Positions 1-13,659 of a DNA stretch of 63,223 nucleotides are shown here, piece after piece (the stretch's first letter is position 1; each line of letters opens with the position of its first letter). The stretch is from Anolis carolinensis. Its lineage: Eukaryota. The stretch lies in NCBI RefSeq assembly GCF_035594765.1, contig NW_026943826.1:12566102-12629324 (forward strand), in the 5' to 3' direction. The notes beneath the pieces were generated by a model. It did not search any database, had not been told where the DNA came from, and saw only the letters and a program-made list of their open reading frames with translations. A program made the position numbers and the translations under genes.

Positions 1-520
1 CTCTATCTCCCCGAAGGGGACTCAGGGCGGCTTACATGGGGCCAAGCCCGAATAAAAACAGTAGCAGTATAAAACACAGCAATAGACAACAACTTGCACA
101 ATAAAAAAATAAAAAAATAAAATAAAACATTAGCCAATAAAAAACAAGAACTAATAAAAACATGGATTAAAACTGAGAGATTGTAAAAGTAGACTGGGTA
201 AGGTGCACCATATAAATATTGTAGACACGAGGTGACTGATAAAGTGCTGCAAATTCTGGAAGTGCAAATTGGGATGGGAAGAGACCCTGTGTCTATATCG
301 AGTTGACAAAGGTAAAAGGTGCAAACCGGTACAAGAATGGTCACAGATACAGGTTGCTTCTGGATGAGCAATCTTTATCTAAAGGCTTGAGTAAAGAGCC
401 AGGTTTTCAAGCTCTTTCTGAATGCTACCAGGGTGGGGGCTTGCCTGATTTCCCTGGGGAGCGAGTTCCAGAGCCGGGGGGCCACCACGGAGAAGGCCCT
501 CTCTCTCGTCCCCACCAACC
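1..520 (-). mobile_element. L2-clade LINE 3' fragment (ORF2 C-terminus plus 3' tail)
   Basis: Minus ORF 375..578 contains RAFSVVAPRLWNSLPREIR...FRKSLKTWLF, typical of L2 ORF2 ends. Tail motif tgtaagccgccctgagtcccc at 15-36. Similar short tails at about 1345-1400, 15830-15890, 46670-46850 and 60345-60380. Confidence 0.75.
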
Positions 521-1427
521 GTATATGTGTGTGTATACGTATATGTGTGTATATATGTGTATTTATATGTGCATACACATTTGTGTGTGTATATATATGT
601 GCATACTATAATAATAATTCTATAATAATAGTAATAATTCTACTATAATATACTATAATTCTATGATGATAATAATAATTCTATAATAATAATTGTTGTT
701 ATTATTACCTTGAAAATAATAATAATAGTAATTATTATTATTATTTCATTATGACACAGCAAACAAGATAGATATACTGGATTTCATTATTATTATTATC
801 ATTATTATTACTCTAAAATCCCGCAACCATCATAGCATAACATTTTAACCGTTGCTTGTGGAGAAATACCTCTATGGATCACGTTTTTAGTGCTCGACAT
901 GGGCTTTTATGGCTGGCCATTATTCTTCCCCGTGGTTGTCGTGGTTGTCGTGGTTGTCGTGGTTATGAGAGCCGCTCGGTTGTGTCTTTTTTTGTCTCCT
1001 CCGCCGACACCCGCCGCCGCCTCAGCCTTTCAATCATTTTTAATGACTAGTGTTTACCAAAGTCTTCACGCCTTGCATAACTTTCCCCGTGACTTGCTGC
1101 AAAAAGAAAAGGTTTATTAGAAAAAAGGCATCGAAAACTTTTTCTCCATGGAAACAGGATGGGGAAGCCTGCGCCAAACTTTCCCCAACTTTTTCTCTCT
1201 TTTCTATTTTGACCAGCCCATTCCTTATGTTTCATTGCTGCGTTTTAACTTTGTCTTATTAATGGTTAGGGTTTTTATCGTATGTTTTAATTTTCATTTG
1301 TGCATTTTCGGTATTTGATGTTGTTGGATGGTTGCTTGTTTTGCATTGTAAGCCGCCCTGAGTCTCTGCGGGGAGATGGAGGCGGGGTACAAAAATAAAA
1401 TAAAATAAAAATAATTATTATTATTAT

Positions 1428-1464
1428 TGGCCTTCAGGGTCCCTTCTGACACTATAAATTATTA

Positions 1465-1520
<56 letters not shown>

Positions 1521-1578
1521 CTCCCCATTCTATGGTGGACTAGATGGCCTTTAGAGTCCCTTATGACACTATAAATAA

Positions 1579-1636
<58 letters not shown>

Positions 1637-1694
1637 CTCCCCATTCTATGGTGGACTAGATGGCCTTTAGAGTCCCTTATGACACTATAAATAA

Positions 1695-1748
<54 letters not shown>

Positions 1749-1986
1749 ATATCTCCCCTTTCTATGGTGGACTAGATGGCCTTTAGAGTCCCTTATGACA
1801 CTATAAATTATTATTATATTATTATTATTATTATTATTATATCTCCCCCTTCTATGGAAAGACTAGATGGCCTTCAGGGTCCCTTCTGACACTATACATT
1901 ATTATTATATTATTATTATTATTATATCTCCCCTTTCTATGGTGGACTAGATGGCCTTTAGAGTCCCTTATGACACTATAAATAAC

Positions 1987-2019
<33 letters not shown>

Positions 2020-2169
2020 TTCCCGTTTCTATGGAAGGATTAGATGGCCTTTAGAGTCCCTTCTGACACTGTAAATAAATTAATATTATTATTATTATTA
2101 TTACTATTATTATTTTCTATGGTCTAGATGGCCTTTAAGGCCCCTTCTGACTCTATAAATTATTATTAC

Positions 2170-2227
<58 letters not shown>

Positions 2228-2288
2228 TATAGTGGTAGAAGGGACCCTGAAGGCCATCTAGTCCACCCTCCTTCCATAGAAAGGGGAG

Positions 2289-2338
<50 letters not shown>

Positions 2339-2388
2339 TGTGTTAGAAGGGACCCTGAAGGGCATCTAGTCCACCATAGAAAGGGGAG

Positions 2389-2432
<44 letters not shown>

Positions 2433-2517
2433 GTGTTAGAAGGGACCCTGAAGGCCATCTAGTCCACCCTCCTTCCATAGAAAGGGGAGATATAATAATC
2501 ATAATATAATATAATAA

Positions 2518-2557
<40 letters not shown>

Positions 2558-2607
2558 TGTGTTAGAAGGGACCCTGAAGGCCATCTAGTCCACCATAGAA
2601 AGGGGAG

Positions 2608-2648
<41 letters not shown>

Positions 2649-2706
2649 TAATTTATAGTGTCAGAAGGGACCCTGAAGGGCATCTAGTCCACCATAGAAA
2701 GGGGAG

Positions 2707-2763
<57 letters not shown>

Positions 2764-2932
2764 GTGTGTTAGAAGGGACCCTGAAGGCCATCTAGTCCAC
2801 CCTCCTTCCATAGAAAGGGGAGATATAATAATCATAATATAATATAATAAAATAATAATAATAATAATAATAATTTATAGTGTCAGAAGGGACCCTGAAG
2901 GGCATCTAGTCCACCATAGAAAGGGGAGATAT

Positions 2933-2972
<40 letters not shown>

Positions 2973-3020
2973 GTATCTCCCCTTTCTGTGGTGGACTAGA
3001 TGGCCTCAAGGGTCCCTCCG
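1428..3020. repeat. Tandem array of CR1-tail-like units separated by (TAA)n, with an orientation switch at about 2228
   Basis: Unit ggtggactagatggcc..agtcccttatgacactata repeats over 1428-2160; its reverse complement agaagggaccctgaaggccatctagtccacc repeats over 2235-2930. Confidence 0.85.
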
Positions 3021-3534
3021 GACCCTCTCTCTCTCTCCTTTCTCCTTCCCTCTCTTCTCTTCCTCCGTATCATTTCCCTCCGTAACCGGACCCCGGGCAC
3101 CCAGGGCTTTTCTTCTATTATTCATGTTGTTCTCTGGAAACCCGAGACCCTTGTCCGCAAGAGAACTGGGAACGAGAGGCACCTGGGGTGGACAGAAAAC
3201 ACATTAGGACACTCGTGCCTTTGCTAAGGGCCTCTGTCGGGAGTGATTTAGTTGTGCACATCCCCATTGCAGACTGGGGTCCGACTAGATGACCTCTAAG
3301 GGTCCCTTCCAAAAAAAAATTTTTAAATTATTTTAATCTAAAATGATAACGGACTTTAAGCCTTTGGAGGTCTACCAACTAAAGCTGGATGGGCCTCTGC
3401 TGGGAGTGTTTTAGTTGTGTCCTTGGCTGGCCTCTGTCGAGAGTGCTTTAATTGTGTACATCCGCACTGCTGAATTGGGTCCCAACTAGATGACCTCTAA
3501 GGGTCCCTTCCTACTATTTTATTTATTGCAATTT

Positions 3535-4430
3535 AAAATTATCATTATTGTATTAAGTCTATTAAAATTATCATTATTGTATTAAGTCTATTAAAATTAT
3601 CATTATTGTATTAAGTCTATTAAAATTATCATTATCGTATTCAGTCTATTAATATTATCATTATCCTATTTATTAAAATCATCATTATCGTATTGTCTAT
3701 TAAAATTATTATATTAAATCTATTAAAATTATCATTATCGTATTAAGTCTATTAAAATTATCATTATCGTATTCAATCTATTAAAATCATCATTATTGTA
3801 TTGTCTATTAAAATTATCATCGTTTTAAGTCTATTTAAATTATCATTATCATATTTATTAAAATTATCATCATCGTATTAAGTCTATTAAAATTATCATG
3901 ATCGTGTTAAGTCTATTAAAATTATCATTAACGTATTCAGTCTATTAAAATTATCATTATCCTATTTATTAAAATTATATCGTATTAAGTCTATTAAAAT
4001 TATCATTTTCGTATTAAGTCTATTAAAATAATTATTGTATTAAGTCTATTAAAATTATCATTATCCTATTAAGTCTATTAAAATTATCATTATTGTATTA
4101 AGTCTATTTATTTATTTATTTATTTATTTAAATTATCATCATATTAAGTCTATTAAAAATATCATTATATTTATTAAAATTATCATTATCGTATTAAGTC
4201 TATTAAATTTATCATTATATTTATTAAAATCATCATTATTGTATTAAGTCTATTAAAATTATTATATTAAATCTATTAAAATTATTATCGTATTAAGTCT
4301 ATTAAAATTATCATTATTGTATTGTCTATTAAAATTATTCTCGTGTTAAGTCTATTAAAATTATCATTATCATATTTATTAAAATTATCATTATCATATT
4401 AAGTCTATTAAAATTATCATTATTGTGTTA
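3535..4430. repeat. AT-rich minisatellite, about 29-bp unit (aagtctattaaaattatcattatcgtatt)
   Basis: Directly visible tandem repetition. Confidence 0.9.
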
Positions 4431-5079
4431 AGCTTTGGAAGTCTATTAACAGGACTCGGATGGGCCTCTGCTGGGAAAGCTTTAGTTGTGTCCTCGGATT
4501 CAAACCCTAGCCTTGGAATAATATAAATAATATAAATAATGACAATACGATGCGGACGAGATGGTTTTTCCCTTTGTTTATTATCATATTATATTATAAT
4601 TCCCATACATTGCGGAAATAGCCCTGTGCCGGAGAAGAAGAAGAAGAAGAATCCAAAGTGCGACAGAAGACAATAAAAGAGTTTTGTCGGTAAGAAAAAA
4701 GGCAAAATATCGCCTGGAAAAAGTTCTGCATCCCATGCAAACAAACAAGGTTTCCAAAAGGAAGAACCAGAAAAAAGGTATAAAAGTGAGAGGTTCCTCT
4801 CTCGTATATATATATCTATATATTTTCTCATAAAGTCAGGAAAAAAGAGCGTTAGAAAGAGAATCATTCCGGTACAAAAAGAGTTCAATTTACTATCATC
4901 AAGAAATAGAGGAAATATATATATTATATATTATACATAATACTATATAATATATAATATATATTCTGTAATATATATATATATTATATATAGTATATAT
5001 ATATTCTCACATTCAAAAATATTTGGCACACAAGTTATAAAGTTTAATGTGTTTTCAAAGGCTTTTATGGCCTTGCCGC

Positions 5080-5780
5080 ATCAAAGCCTGGCTGCTTCCT
5101 GCCTTGGTTGTTAGCTGGCCTTGATTGTTTCCTGTCTGGAATTCCCATTTTCTGAGTGTTAGCTGGCCCTGATTGATTCCTGTCTGGAATTCCGGTTTTC
5201 TGAGTTAGCTGGCCTTGATTGTTTCTTGTCTGGAATTCCCATTTTCTGAGTGTTAGCTGGACCTGATTGTTTGTCTGGAATTCCCGTTTTCTGAGTGTTA
5301 GCTGGCCTTGATTGTTTCTAGTCTGGAATTCCCATTTTCTGAGTGTTAGCTGGCCCTGATTGTTTCTTGTCTGGAATTCCCGTTTTCTGTTAGCTGGCCT
5401 TGTTTCTTGTATGGAATTCCCGTTTTCTGAGTGTTCGCTGGCCCTGATTGTTTCCTATCTGGAATTCCCGTTTTCTGAGTGTTAGCTGGCCTTGATTGTT
5501 TCTTGTCTGGAATTTCCCTGTTTTCTGAGTGTTGGACACAAAAAAACCTCAAAGCCTTGCAGTGTCAAAGCCTGGCTGCTTCCTGCCTCGGTTTGGAGGT
5601 GTTCGCTGGCCCTGATTATTTCCTGTCTGGAATTCCCGTTTTCCAAGTGTTAGCTGGCCCTGGTTGTCTGGAATTCCAATGTTTTCTGAGTGAACACAAA
5701 AAAAATCATAGCCTTGCAGCGTCAAAGCCTGGCTGCTTCCTGCCTTGGTTGGGAGGTGTTAGCTGGCCCTGATTGTTTGG
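5080..5780. repeat. About 39-bp minisatellite derived from a Penelope-like element fragment, probably inside the CAMK2N1 3' UTR
   Basis: Unit gttagctggccctgattgtttcttgtctggaattcccgttttctgagt. The aaagcctggctgcttcctgcc...gttagctggccctgatt segment recurs at 50510-50572 next to a Penelope hammerhead terminus. Confidence 0.7.
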
Positions 5781-6262
5781 CTTCCATGCATTCTATGTCG
5801 GGCGGGGTGAAAAAAAAACAATTTGAATCCAATCCCTATATTATAATAATACAGATAGAATCGTATTTACAAAGGATCCAGAGCGGTTGTGCAAAATGGG
5901 AACACGGAACCGAGAGTGTATGCAAACGCATGCAAATCAATTTCTCCTGCTAATAAATTACGAATAAATAAATAAATACTGTTTTGTTTTTTCCCCCTTT
6001 TCTATTCTTCTTTCTATCCCAGAGTCCTCGAGAAAGTCAACGTGAAAAAAAAAATAAAAGTCCAAAGTGCAGTGCAATATTTGTCGTCCGCTTGTGCTTT
6101 TCGTTTCATTCCCCTCTTTCTTTCCATCCTTTCCATCCTTTTTTTTGAAAATAAATATATAAAAATGTGCAGGTTTGTAAACCTCAATATTTCCATTTTT
6201 CTTTCTTTTTTTCATTGTTAGTTGGGGAAAAAGAGCCAAAATTCCTTCTTTTTTGGGTTAAT

Positions 6263-7015
6263 TTAAACTCCCGGCGGAGGTTTGTCGGAAATGTTTTTCA
6301 GCACGTCGTCGATCCGGTCGTCTTCGATGACCACTGAAATCACAGAAATGCCCACGTCAATAATGCAAATATTTAATTTCATCCAAATTTCTATCACATT
6401 TTTGGAGGAAAAAAAGGGGAATTTCAGCCATTTTTTTACAGCTGCCCGAAAANNNNNNNNNNNNNNNNNNNNNNNNNNNNNNNNNNNNNNNNNNNNNNNN
6501 NNNNNNNNNNNNNNNNNNNNNNNNNNNNNNNNNNNNNNNNNNNNNNNNNNNNNNNNNNNNNNNNNNNNNNNNNNNNNNNNNNNNNNNNNNNNNNNNNNNN
6601 NNNNNNTATTATTAAATTATATTACATTATTTTTATATTATTATACAATATACACAGAGTAATAATAGATATATTATTAACCTTACTGCCGTTTCAAATT
6701 CTTACATATATGTTTACATTATTACATAATGTTGCTATTATTAAATTATTGTTATAGTAGAGTGAATTATTATTATTATTATTATTAATAATAATAATAA
6801 TAATTAGCTGCCTCTTTTTTAATTATGCAGATTCAAAAACCCATGCTCCAAGTCTCAACACTTCCCAAGAGATTATTATTATTATTATTATACAATATAC
6901 ACAGAGTAATAATAGATAAATTATTATTGACCTTACTGCCGTTTCAAATTCTTACATATATGTTTACATTATTACATAATGTTGCTATTATTAAATTATT
7001 GTTATAGTAGAGTGA

Positions 7016-7048
<33 letters not shown>

Positions 7049-7124
7049 AATAATAATTAGCTGCCGCTTCTTTAATTATGCAGATTCAAAAACCCATGCT
7101 CCAAGTCTCAACACTTCCCAAGAG

Positions 7125-7174
<50 letters not shown>

Positions 7175-7352
7175 CATTGAGACTTGGAGCATGGGTTTTT
7201 GAATCTGCATAATTAAAGAAGAGGCAGCTAATTATTATTATTATTATTAATAATAATAATAATAATTCACTCTGCTATAACAATAATGTAATAATACCAA
7301 CAGATTGGAAAAATAATGTAGTTTGACTCGTGATTTTGTGATACGAAATCCA

Positions 7353-7394
<42 letters not shown>

Positions 7395-9648
7395 CATTGT
7401 GTCATTATTAATAATAATATTAGCTGCTTCCTCTTTAATTACACAATAACCAGGTACTAGTATTATGTAACGGCAGCAAACAAATATTACCAATAATAAT
7501 AGAAGCAACCCAAACGTCCATGTAGTATTAATAATAATTATTATTAATAAACTTCTCCCATGCAGTTATAACGGTAACTATCTAAATGGCCATGCAATAA
7601 TACTAATAGCCGTAACACAATAATAGCCTGTGCAACAATAATAATGGATACCTGACTTTGCCTTGTTGACAATAATAATAATTAAAATTTAATCATCCTA
7701 TCCAGTGCTAATTGGTTTTGCCGACGGACGTATGGAAGGGATGATGATAATGGTAACAATACGACCGGCACAATAAATGGGCACCTTTCCATCAATCTAC
7801 CTTTCTACCTACCTGCCTATCTTCCTATTTCTACCTACTTCCCTTCCTATCATTCCACCTATCCATCTTTTGATCTTTCTACATTCTTACCTACCTACCT
7901 GTCTACCTACCTGCCTACCAATCCATCTTTTGATCTATCATTCTATGCACCTGTCGACCTACTTTTTTACCCACCTACCTTTCTATTGTTCTGTCTACCT
8001 ATCTTTCCACCTACCTATCCATCTATGTACCTTTCTACGTACCTATTTACCTACCGACCTTTCTATTGTTCTACCTACTTTCCACCTACCTATCCGTCTT
8101 TTGATCTTTCTACATATACATCTATCTTCCTACTTACCTTTCTACTTACCTATCTTCCTACCCACCTACCTTTCTACTGTTTTACCTATCTTTCCACCTA
8201 TCTATCCATCTTTCAATCTTTCTACCTATCTTCCTACCCACCTACCTACCTATTGTTCTTTCTACCTATCTTTACACCTATCCATCTTTCCACCTACCTT
8301 TCTATTGTTCTGTCTACCTATCTTTCCACCTACCTATTCACTTACCCACCTACCTATTGTTCTGTCTACCTATCTTTCCACCTATCCATCGATCTATCTG
8401 CCTATTTAACTACCTACCTGCCTACCTTTCTACCTGTTTTCCTACCTGTCTCCCCCTCCCCTTCCTCCTTACCTTTCTACCTACCTGTCTACCTACCTGC
8501 CAACCTACCTACCTATCTACCTGCCTACCTTTCTACCTACCTACCTATCTGTCTACCTACCTGCCAACCTACCTAATCTACCTACCTACCTACCTACCTG
8601 CTTACCTTTCTACCTGTCTACCTACGTACCTGCTTACCTTGCTACTTGCCTTCCTACCTGTCTCCCCGTCCCTCCTTCCTACCTCTCTACCTGCCTACCT
8701 GTCTCCCTACCTGCCAACCTACCTACCTATCTACCTGCCTACCTTTCTACCTGCTTACCTTTCTACCTGTCTACCTACCTACCTGCTTACCTTGCTACTT
8801 GCCTTCCTACCTGTCTCCCCGTCCCCTCCCTCCTTCCTACCTCTCTACCTCTCTACCTTTCTACCTACCTGTCTACCTACCTGCCAACCTACCTACCTAT
8901 CTACCTGCCTACCTTTCTACCTACCTACCTATCTGTCTACCTACCTGCCTACCTACCTAATCTACCTGCCTGCCTACCTGTCTACCTGCTTACCTTGCTA
9001 CTTGCCTTCCTACCTGTCTCCCCGTCCCCTCCCTCCTTCCTACCTCTCTACCTCTCTACCTTTCTACCTACCTGCCAACCTACCTACCTACCTACCTGCT
9101 TACCTTTCTACCTGCCTACCTTTCTACCTGCTTACCTTTCTACCTGTCTACCTACCTACCTGCTTACCTTGCTACTTGCCTTCCTACCTGTCTCCCCGTC
9201 CCCTCCCTCCTTCCTACCTCTCTACCTCTCTACCTTTCTACCTACCTGCCAACCTACCTACCTACCTACCTGCTTACCTTTCTACCTGCCTACCTTTCTA
9301 CCTGCTTACCTTTCTACCTGTCTACCTACCTACCTGCTTACCTTGCTACTTGCCTTCCTACCTGTCTCCCCGTCCCCTCCCTCCTTCCTACCTGTCTACC
9401 TACCTGCCTACCTGTCTACCCTACCTGTCTCCCTGCCTGCCCTCCACCCGCCTTTCTTCTCCGGTGGTGGGCTCACCGCACTTGCTCCGCCCGATCTGCC
9501 CGAGCTTGGGGGGCCTCTTGGCGGGGGGGCCCCCGGGGTAGAAGGCGCTGGTGTCCCGGCCCCCCCGGCAGGAGAAGGGGATCTCGGCCCCCACCTCCCC
9601 GGAGAAGGAGCCCAGCTTCTCCTCGCTGAACGGCAGCACCTCCGACAT
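6263..9648 (-). CDS. CAMK2N1: Calcium/calmodulin-dependent protein kinase II inhibitor 1 (80 aa, 2 coding exons)
   Basis: Exons 9648-9477 (172 nt, G|GTGAG donor) and 6333-6263 (71 nt, tttcag acceptor, TAA). Protein [80 protein letters not shown] contains the CaM-KIIN inhibitory peptide. Adjacent to MUL1 as in other vertebrates. Confidence 0.96.
7790..9435. repeat. Complex (CTAC/CCTA)n pyrimidine-rich satellite in the CAMK2N1 intron
   Basis: Degenerate ctacctac/cttacct repeats with higher-order duplication. Source of the spurious L/P/T/Y ORFs. Confidence 0.92.
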
Positions 9649-10004
9649 CCTGGCCTCCGAAGGAGAAGAAAGGAAGGAAGGAAGGAAGAAGAGAAAGAGA
9701 GAAGGAAGAGAGATGGAGGGAGAAGAGCCCGGCTCCCCAAGAAAGCTCCCTCGGCTGAGACTGGCAGAGAGAAGAGAACGAAGGAAGGAGGGAGGGAGGG
9801 AGGAGGAAAGAGAAGGAGGAGAGAGAGAGGAGGGAGGAGAGAATGAAGGCAGACAAAGAGAAGAGAGAACAAAGAGCAGGGCCATGGCAGGGGATGGTGG
9901 GAGTTGTAGTCCACCCACATCCTTAGCACAAGACCATTTGTCACACCTGAAACCAAACAATGATTGGGTCGCTGTGAGTTTTCCAGACTGTCACAGATAT
10001 ATAA

Positions 10005-10135
10005 TAAACCCCACTTATATTTTCCAACAGACCTCACAACCTCTGAGGATGTCTGCCATAGATGTGGGAGAAACGTCAGGAGAGAATGCTCCTGGAACAT
10101 GGCCAGGCAGCCCGGAAAACTCACAGCAAGACAGT
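10005..10135 (+). mobile_element. Penelope-like element terminal fragment with a degenerate hammerhead motif
   Basis: acctcacaacctctgaggatgtctgccatagatgtgggagaaacgtcaggagagaatgc, near-identical to the copies at 35437 and 50365. The stem II closing pair is broken. Confidence 0.7.
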
Positions 10136-10259
10136 GATTCCAGCCATGAAAGCCTTCCTTCAATAGCACATCATCATCATCATCTTTATATTATATTATC
10201 ATCATCACTATTATATTATCTGTATTATATTATCTGTATTATATTATCTGTATTATATT

Positions 10260-10985
10260 ACAATATAATACAATTTTAAAATATAATATGAAAATATAAT
10301 ATAACAATTTGAAAATATAATATAATATGAAAATATAATATAATACAATTTGAAAATATAATACAATATGAAAATATAATATATGAAAATAGAATATAAT
10401 ACAAAATATAATATATAAATATAATACAATTTGAAAATATAATATAATACAATTGAAAATATAATACAATTTGAAAATATAATACAATTTGAAAATATAA
10501 TACAATTTGAAAATATAATACAATACAAAAATATAATACAATTTGAAAATATAATATAATACAATTTGAAAATATAATACAATTTGAAAATATAATACAA
10601 TTTGAAAATATAATACAATACAATATGAAAATATAATACAATTTGAAAATGTAACATAATACAATTTGAAAAGATAATATAATACAAAAATATAATATAA
10701 TACGAAAATATAATATAATATGAAAATATAATATAAAAATATAATACAATTTGAAAATATAATACAATTGAAAATATATAATACGAAAATATAATATAAT
10801 ACGAAAATATAATACGAAAATATAATATAATACGAAAATATAATACAATTTGAAAATATAATACAATTTGAAAATATATATTTTCAAATTATATTTTCAA
10901 ATTATATTATATTTTCGTATTATATTATATTTTCGTATTATATTATATTTTCGTATTATATTATATTTTCATATTATATTACATT
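10260..10985. repeat. AT-rich minisatellite (aatacaatttgaaaatat) with an inversion at about 10880
   Basis: Tandem units, then the reverse complement after the palindrome gaaaatatatattttc. Confidence 0.88.
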
Positions 10986-12074
10986 ATCATTAATATATTA
11001 TTATCATTATCATATTATCATTATATTATCTAGATTGTCATTATCTAGATTATCCTTATTCTATTACCCTTACATAAACACTATAAATTAATAAACGGCC
11101 ATCTGTCGGGAGGGCTTTGGTGGTGCCTTCCCAGCAAAAGCCAAATCCATGAAGTGTTTGAAGGCTCTCTGGACCCTTTGAATTGACATATAGGGTCAGG
11201 AGGGTGAAATACAGCCAATAACCCCAATAACAATATTTCTTTGGTGCATGTTATGAGAACGATCCTAAGATTAAACAACAACAAAGCCCAAAACGGAGCT
11301 CGAAAACAGACTCATGGGTGTTGTAGTGTCATTGTGTGGGAGCGGGAGGAACAGAAATAGCTCTATTTGGTGACAACGCCTCGCTTTTTAAGAGATCGAG
11401 AAAATAAAATACAAAGTCTACAATGAGCACTTAATGCCACCTAGAGCCCTAGGCAGGAAAATCCCACACTGAGACTATATAGTATAGTGAAAATCCGCAA
11501 AGTAGGGACACTATATTTATTTTAATATTTATACATTGTTTTAAACACTATTTTAAGTCTTTACCAACCCATCGTGTGTTGATAAATCGCCTCCTTCTCC
11601 TCCCTTTTCTCTTCTTCCGTAGGCTGAAAATTGTAATTTTTTATGATTCATAATAGTCTTTTAGAGTTTATTGAAAAACCGCGAATCCGTGAAAACTATA
11701 ATGGGAACTGGGTGGAAATCCCACCCAAACTGGGGATCCTTCACTCTCCATCAAACAAGGGAAAAGCCAAAAATAAAACATTTTCGACACACACAAACTT
11801 TTATTTGTAATGTGTCCGAAGTGTCCTCCAATATCCGATGGGAAAGAGAACGGGTTCCGGAGTCCGTTCTGGAGAGAGAGAAAAATATCAATAATTCAGC
11901 CAAAGTATCCTCTAATTGCCTAATTTGTCCGAAGTGTCTTCCAATAGCTGATGGTGAGAAAAAGGTGGTCCAAAATCCATTTTGGGGAGAGAAAAAAATA
12001 TCCATAATTCGGTCAAAATATCCTCCAATCTCCTATCATAATAAACTTTGTTTACATTCCACCCTGTCTCCCCG

Positions 12075-13658
12075 ATAGTGATGAGAAGGGGTTCCGGAGG
12101 TCATTTCGAGAAGAAAGAACCCATAATTTGTCCCAATTATCCTCCTATATCCGATGGTGTGAAGAAGGGGTTCCGGGGTCCGTTCCGGGCTCGATTCCGA
12201 GGGGACTCGGGGTGGATATAGTAATAAGAAGGGGTTCCGGAAACCGTTTCAAGAAGAAAGAACCCGTAATTCGTCTGAATTATTCTCCAATATCTGATGG
12301 TGAGAAGAAGGGGTTCCGGGGTCCGTTCCAGGGTCGGTTCCAAGGGGACTTGGGTGGATATAGTGATAACAAGGGGTTCCAGAGGCCGTTCCAAGAAGAA
12401 AGAACCCGTAAATCGTCCAAATTATCCTCCGATTTCCAATGGTGAGAAGAAGGGGTTCCGGGGTCCATTCCGGGATCCGTTCTGGGGTCCGTTCCGGGGT
12501 CCGTTCCAAGAGGACTCAGGGCAGATATAGTGATAAGGAGATACGGAGGCCGTTTCAAGAAGAAAGAAACCATAATTTGTCCGTATTTTCCTCCGATATC
12601 CGATGGTGAGAAGAAGGGGTTCCGGGGTCCGTTCCGGGGTCGGTTCTGAGGGTACTCGGAGTGGATATAGTGATAAGAATGGGTTCCGGAGGTCATTTCA
12701 AGAAGAAAGAAACCATAATTCCAATATCCGATGGTGAGAAGAAGGGGTTCCGGGGTCCATTCCGGGGTCGGTTCCGAAGTGACTCTGGGTGGATATAGTG
12801 ATAAGAGGGGGTTCTGGAGGCCGTTTCAAGAAGAAAGAAACCATAATTCCAATATCCGATGGTGAGAAGAAGGGGTTCCGGGGTCCGTTCCGGGGTCGGT
12901 TCCGAGGTGACTCGGGGTGGATATCGGAATAAGAAGGGATTCTGGAGGCCGTTTCAAGAGGAAAGAAACCATAATTCCAATATCCAATGGTGTGATGGAG
13001 GGGTTCCGGGGTCCATTCCGGGGCCAGTTCCAGGGGTACTCAGGGTGGATATAGTGATAAGAATGGGTTCCGGAGGTCATTTCAAGAAGAAAGAAACCAT
13101 AATTCCAATATCCAATGGTGTGATGGAGGGGTTCCGGGGTCCATTCCGGGGCCAGTTCCAGGGGTACTCAGGGTGGATATAGTGATAAGAATGGGTTCCG
13201 GAGGTCATTTCAAGAAGAAAGAAACCATAATTCCAATATCCGATGGTGAGAAGAAGGGGTTCCGGGGTCCATTCCGGGGTCGGTTCCGAAGTGACTCTGG
13301 GTGGATATAGTGATGAGAAGGGGTCCCGGAGGCCGTTTCAAGAAGAAAGAAACCATAATTCCAATATCCGATGGTGAGAAGAAGGGGTTCCGGGGTCCGT
13401 TCCGGGGTCGGTTCCGAGGTGACTCGGGGTGGATATCGGAATAAGAAGGGATTCTGGAGGCCGTTTCAAGAGGAAAGAAACCATAATTCCAATATCCAAT
13501 GGTGTGATGGAGGGGTTCCGGGGTCCGTTCCGGGGCCAGTTCCAGGGGTACTCAGGGTGGATATAGGGATAAGAAGGGGTTCCGGAGGCCGTTTCAAGAA
13601 GAAAGAAACCATAATTCCCATATCCGATGGTGAGAAGAAGGGGGTTCCGGGGTCGGTC
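12075..13658. repeat. About 125-bp GC-rich satellite directly downstream of the MUL1 stop codon (probable 3' UTR)
   Basis: Unit atccgatggtgagaagaaggggttccggggtcc...ttcaagaagaaagaaaccataatt, about 12 copies, abutting the stop at 13660. Confidence 0.9.
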
Positions 13659-13659
13659 C

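Noticed and set aside
7777-9541. Long + strand ORFs rich in L/P/T/Y
   Set aside because: Translations of the CTAC satellite, antisense to the CAMK2N1 intron.
9551-10279. 242-aa + strand ORF
   Set aside because: Antisense to CAMK2N1 exon 1, running through a purine tract and a Penelope fragment; no recognisable domain.
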